From Rhizaria sp. SCN 62-66 (taxonomy: Eukaryota): DNA of 20,000 nucleotides. The stretch lies in assembly GCA_001724265.1 (NCBI GenBank), contig MEDY01000285.1:45809-65808 (forward strand). Direction: 5' to 3'. The notes below the pieces were generated by a model. That model searched no databases. It was not told the origin of the DNA and saw only the letters and a program-made list of their open reading frames with translations. A program made the translations under genes and the position numbers. This document shows positions 17,940-20,000 of the stretch, piece after piece (position 1 is the first letter of the stretch; every line of letters starts with the position of its first letter).

Positions 17940-20000
17940 TCAGAGCGTGCCCCACACCTCATCGATGACCTCCGTGGCCTTGGCCAGCGCGGCCTCCACC
18001 CGCGCCCCACGGCCCACGCCAAAGACCGCCTCGCCGGCCTGCGCCAGGAACGGCCCCAGCGCGTGTCGCGCCGTGAGCGCCGCCGCCGTCAGCGGCTCGG
18101 GCGGCTCGCCCCCCGCAGACCCCGCTGTCGCGACAGTGGAGTTGGCGCCCCCCACCGCAGTTGCGGACCGCGAACAGAGGCTGAACAGCGCGCCCAGCGC
18201 GTCAACGCCGTCAGACGCGAGCGCGCTGGGCGCCACGCTGACCGCCGCATCCCCCGCGGCCGCGCCGCGGCGCCGCAGCCGCGCGAAGCGGCCCGCGGCT
18301 GCGGCCTCGGCGTCAGCGCGCGCGGCGGCCGCGCCGAGGGGCCCAGCGGCGCGCAGCAGCCCGCGCACCGCCGCCGCTACGGCCGCGGCCGCCGCAGCGC
18401 CCCACAGCGCCGCGGCCGCGTTCCCAGCGGCATCCGTCTCACTCGCGGTCGCCGCAGAGTCCGCGGCGGAGTCTGCAGAGGCTGCGGCTGCAGCTGCGGC
18501 GCTGGCGATGGCGACGGCGACGGGCGCGGTTGCGAGGAGGGAGTTGGCCAAGCGCGCCAGCGGCGGGCACCGTAGCAGCAGCTGCGCCGCGCGCGGCAGG
18601 GCAGCCAGCGCCGCATCACTGTCCGGGCCCAGCCAGTACGGCTCGTCAGCGCCCTCTGCAGCCAGCGCTGCTGCAGCGGCTGCAGCGGAGTCGTTGCTGC
18701 CAGAGCCAGTGCTGTTACTGCCGCAGCTGCTGCCTGCGCCGGCGCAGCGGCGGAGGAAACTGCCCTCGGCCGCCGCGCCCGCGTGCGCCGTCGCGCGGAG
18801 CAGTGCCGCGGCAGCGGCGGCGGCGACGGCGCGCACAGCGGCGGGCGGCGCGGCGGCGGCGAGCGCGGCAATTTCCGCCGCGCTCGGCAGGAACAGGACC
18901 GTGGCACGGGCGCCCGCCGCCGCTGTTGCAGCCGCTGCTGAGGAAGCAGTGGAGTTGGCAAGGGTGGGCACGGCGAGTGCGGACGCGAGCAGTTGCAGCG
19001 GCGCGGCGGCGGCGACGGCCGGTGCGAGACACAACACGTCGACCGCGGGGGCCGCGAGAGCGCGCGCGGCCTCAGCTTCGGCCTCTGCGACGGCGTCGGC
19101 ATCAGCAGCTGCGGCAGCGGCGCCGGCGATGAGACCAGGCTGCGAGAATGCACCGTCACCAGGCGCAGTCGCCGGCGCAGTCGCGGGCGCAGGGAGCGCG
19201 GGCAGGCCCTGTGTCGCGAACGCGGCCGCAGTCAAAGCCGCAGCAGCCGCGGACTGCGCGTCTGTCCCGCTTGCAGTCCGCGCTGTCTCAGTACCCGCAG
19301 CAGCAGCGGTGGCGGCGGACGGGAACACGTTCGCTGCGACAGCTGCCGCGACCGCAGCGGCCGCGGAAGCCACACGCGTCCCCGCCGCGGCGATGGCGGC
19401 CGCGCTATCCGCGGCCGCGACCGCGGGACCAGCGGCTGCGGCCGCGGCGGCTGCGGAGGCGGCCGCGGCCGCGTCGGCTTCGCTGAGCGCGAGCGCATTC
19501 ACGCCACCGCTGTGCGTCGCGGCGGCGGCCACGGCGGCGGCGGCCGCGGCGTCGGCAGCCGCAAGCGCCTGCAGCGGCGACAGACCCGCGACACTGCCAG
19601 CCTGCGTGCCGCTCATGCTTGTCATCGCGAGCAGGGGCGCGAGGAGGGTGGCGACAGTGCCCCAGCCTGCAGCAGCCAGTACGGCCAGCGCGGCGGACAC
19701 TGGCAGCGCCTGCGCGCGCGCGGCCGCGAGGGACGCCGCCTCGGCCACCGCCGCGTCGCCAGAACTCGAACCTGCGCCAGAGCTCGAGCTTGCGGGGACC
19801 GGGGCGGCCGCGTCGTCACCGGCGTCGGCCGCGGGCATGACGAGAGCGGAGAGCACCGCCAGCAGGCGCGCACGCGCCGCGGTGAGGCGCGGTGTGGCCG
19901 CTGCGGCGGGGACAACGGCGGCGCGCGCGGCGGCCGCGGCGCGGGCGGCGGCGGCGGCGCGCGCGGCGCGGGCCAGCGTGCGCAGTGACGCCGGCGCGCC
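17940..20000 (-). CDS. 3' part of a large, extremely Ala-rich unknown protein (5' end outside window)
   Basis: The frame is open from position 20000 to TGA at 17942-17940, with no stop upstream of the ORF-track GTG 19856. GC drops sharply after the stop. Leu-rich helical blocks are separated by poly-Ala, and the protein ends ...ALGPFLAQAGEAVFGVGRGARVEAALAKATEVIDEVWGTL. Confidence 0.8.
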   Translation of the reverse strand, partial: GAPASLRTLARAARAAAAARAAAAARAAVVPAAAATPRLTAARARLLAVLSALVMPAADAGDDAAAPVPASSSSGAGSSSGDAAVAEAASLAAARAQALPVSAALAVLAAAGWGTVATLLAPLLAMTSMSGTQAGSVAGLSPLQALAAADAAAAAAVAAAATHSGGVNALALSEADAAAAASAAAAAAAAGPAVAAADSAAAIAAAGTRVASAAAAVAAAVAANVFPSAATAAAAGTETARTASGTDAQSAAAAALTAAAFATQGLPALPAPATAPATAPGDGAFSQPGLIAGAAAAAADADAVAEAEAEAARALAAPAVDVLCLAPAVAAAAPLQLLASALAVPTLANSTASSAAAATAAAGARATVLFLPSAAEIAALAAAAPPAAVRAVAAAAAAALLRATAHAGAAAEGSFLRRCAGAGSSCGSNSTGSGSNDSAAAAAAALAAEGADEPYWLGPDSDAALAALPRAAQLLLRCPPLARLANSLLATAPVAVAIASAAAAAAASADSAADSAATASETDAAGNAAAALWGAAAAAAVAAAVRGLLRAAGPLGAAAARADAEAAAAGRFARLRRRGAAAGDAAVSVAPSALASDGVDALGALFSLCSRSATAVGGANSTVATAGSAGGEPPEPLTAAALTARHALGPFLAQAGEAVFGVGRGARVEAALAKATEVIDEVWGTL

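Noticed and set aside
17940-18070. Resemblance of the last gene's C-terminus to UTP10/HEATR1 (PFLAEL..VE......IE...G) or URB2
   Set aside because: Only a few residues match by eye, which is insufficient to assign a gene.
2522-19988. Many long antisense or alternate-frame ORFs (e.g. 2522-3763-, 6524-7867-, 9736-10680+, 12978-13862+, 15502-16353-, 18993-19988+)
   Set aside because: They are shadows of GC-rich biased codons over identified genes, with R/A/S/P-rich translations and no recognisable domains.
1-20000. Prokaryotic-type systems, CRISPR arrays, transposons, inteins, tRNA/rRNA
   Set aside because: I found no spaced repeats, terminal inverted repeats, transposase/RT motifs, intein termini or structural-RNA signatures. 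The content is spliceosomal-intron-bearing eukaryotic housekeeping genes.

Overview
Gene-dense eukaryotic nuclear DNA from a flagellated, mitochondriate protist. Exons are very GC-rich and Ala-rich, while introns and spacers are short and AT/pyrimidine-rich. I read eight protein genes: (1) the 3' part of an unknown gene (+, <1-641) with an in-frame TAG at 147-149; (2) a divergent, C-terminally short Skp1-family gene (+, 2 exons); (3) a TPR protein (+); (4) cohesin SMC3 (+, 3 exons); (5) IFT88 (-); (6) mitochondrial ATP synthase assembly factor ATP10-like (-, 2 exons, which the ORF track splits); (7) DEAD-box helicase DDX41/abstrakt (+); (8) the 3' part of an extremely Ala-rich unknown gene (-, 17940->20000). 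I found no RNA genes, transposons or CRISPR arrays. Three signals stand out. First, a lone in-frame UAG sits in coding-like sequence while none of the 8 apparent gene ends uses UAG (possible UAG reassignment or readthrough, or an error). Second, the stop context is very uniform (TRA-G-Y in 7 of 8). Third, branch-point/3' splice acceptors lie just upstream of most start codons with no strong nearby donor (possible spliced-leader trans-splicing). All identifications come from recognising motifs by eye; no searches were run.
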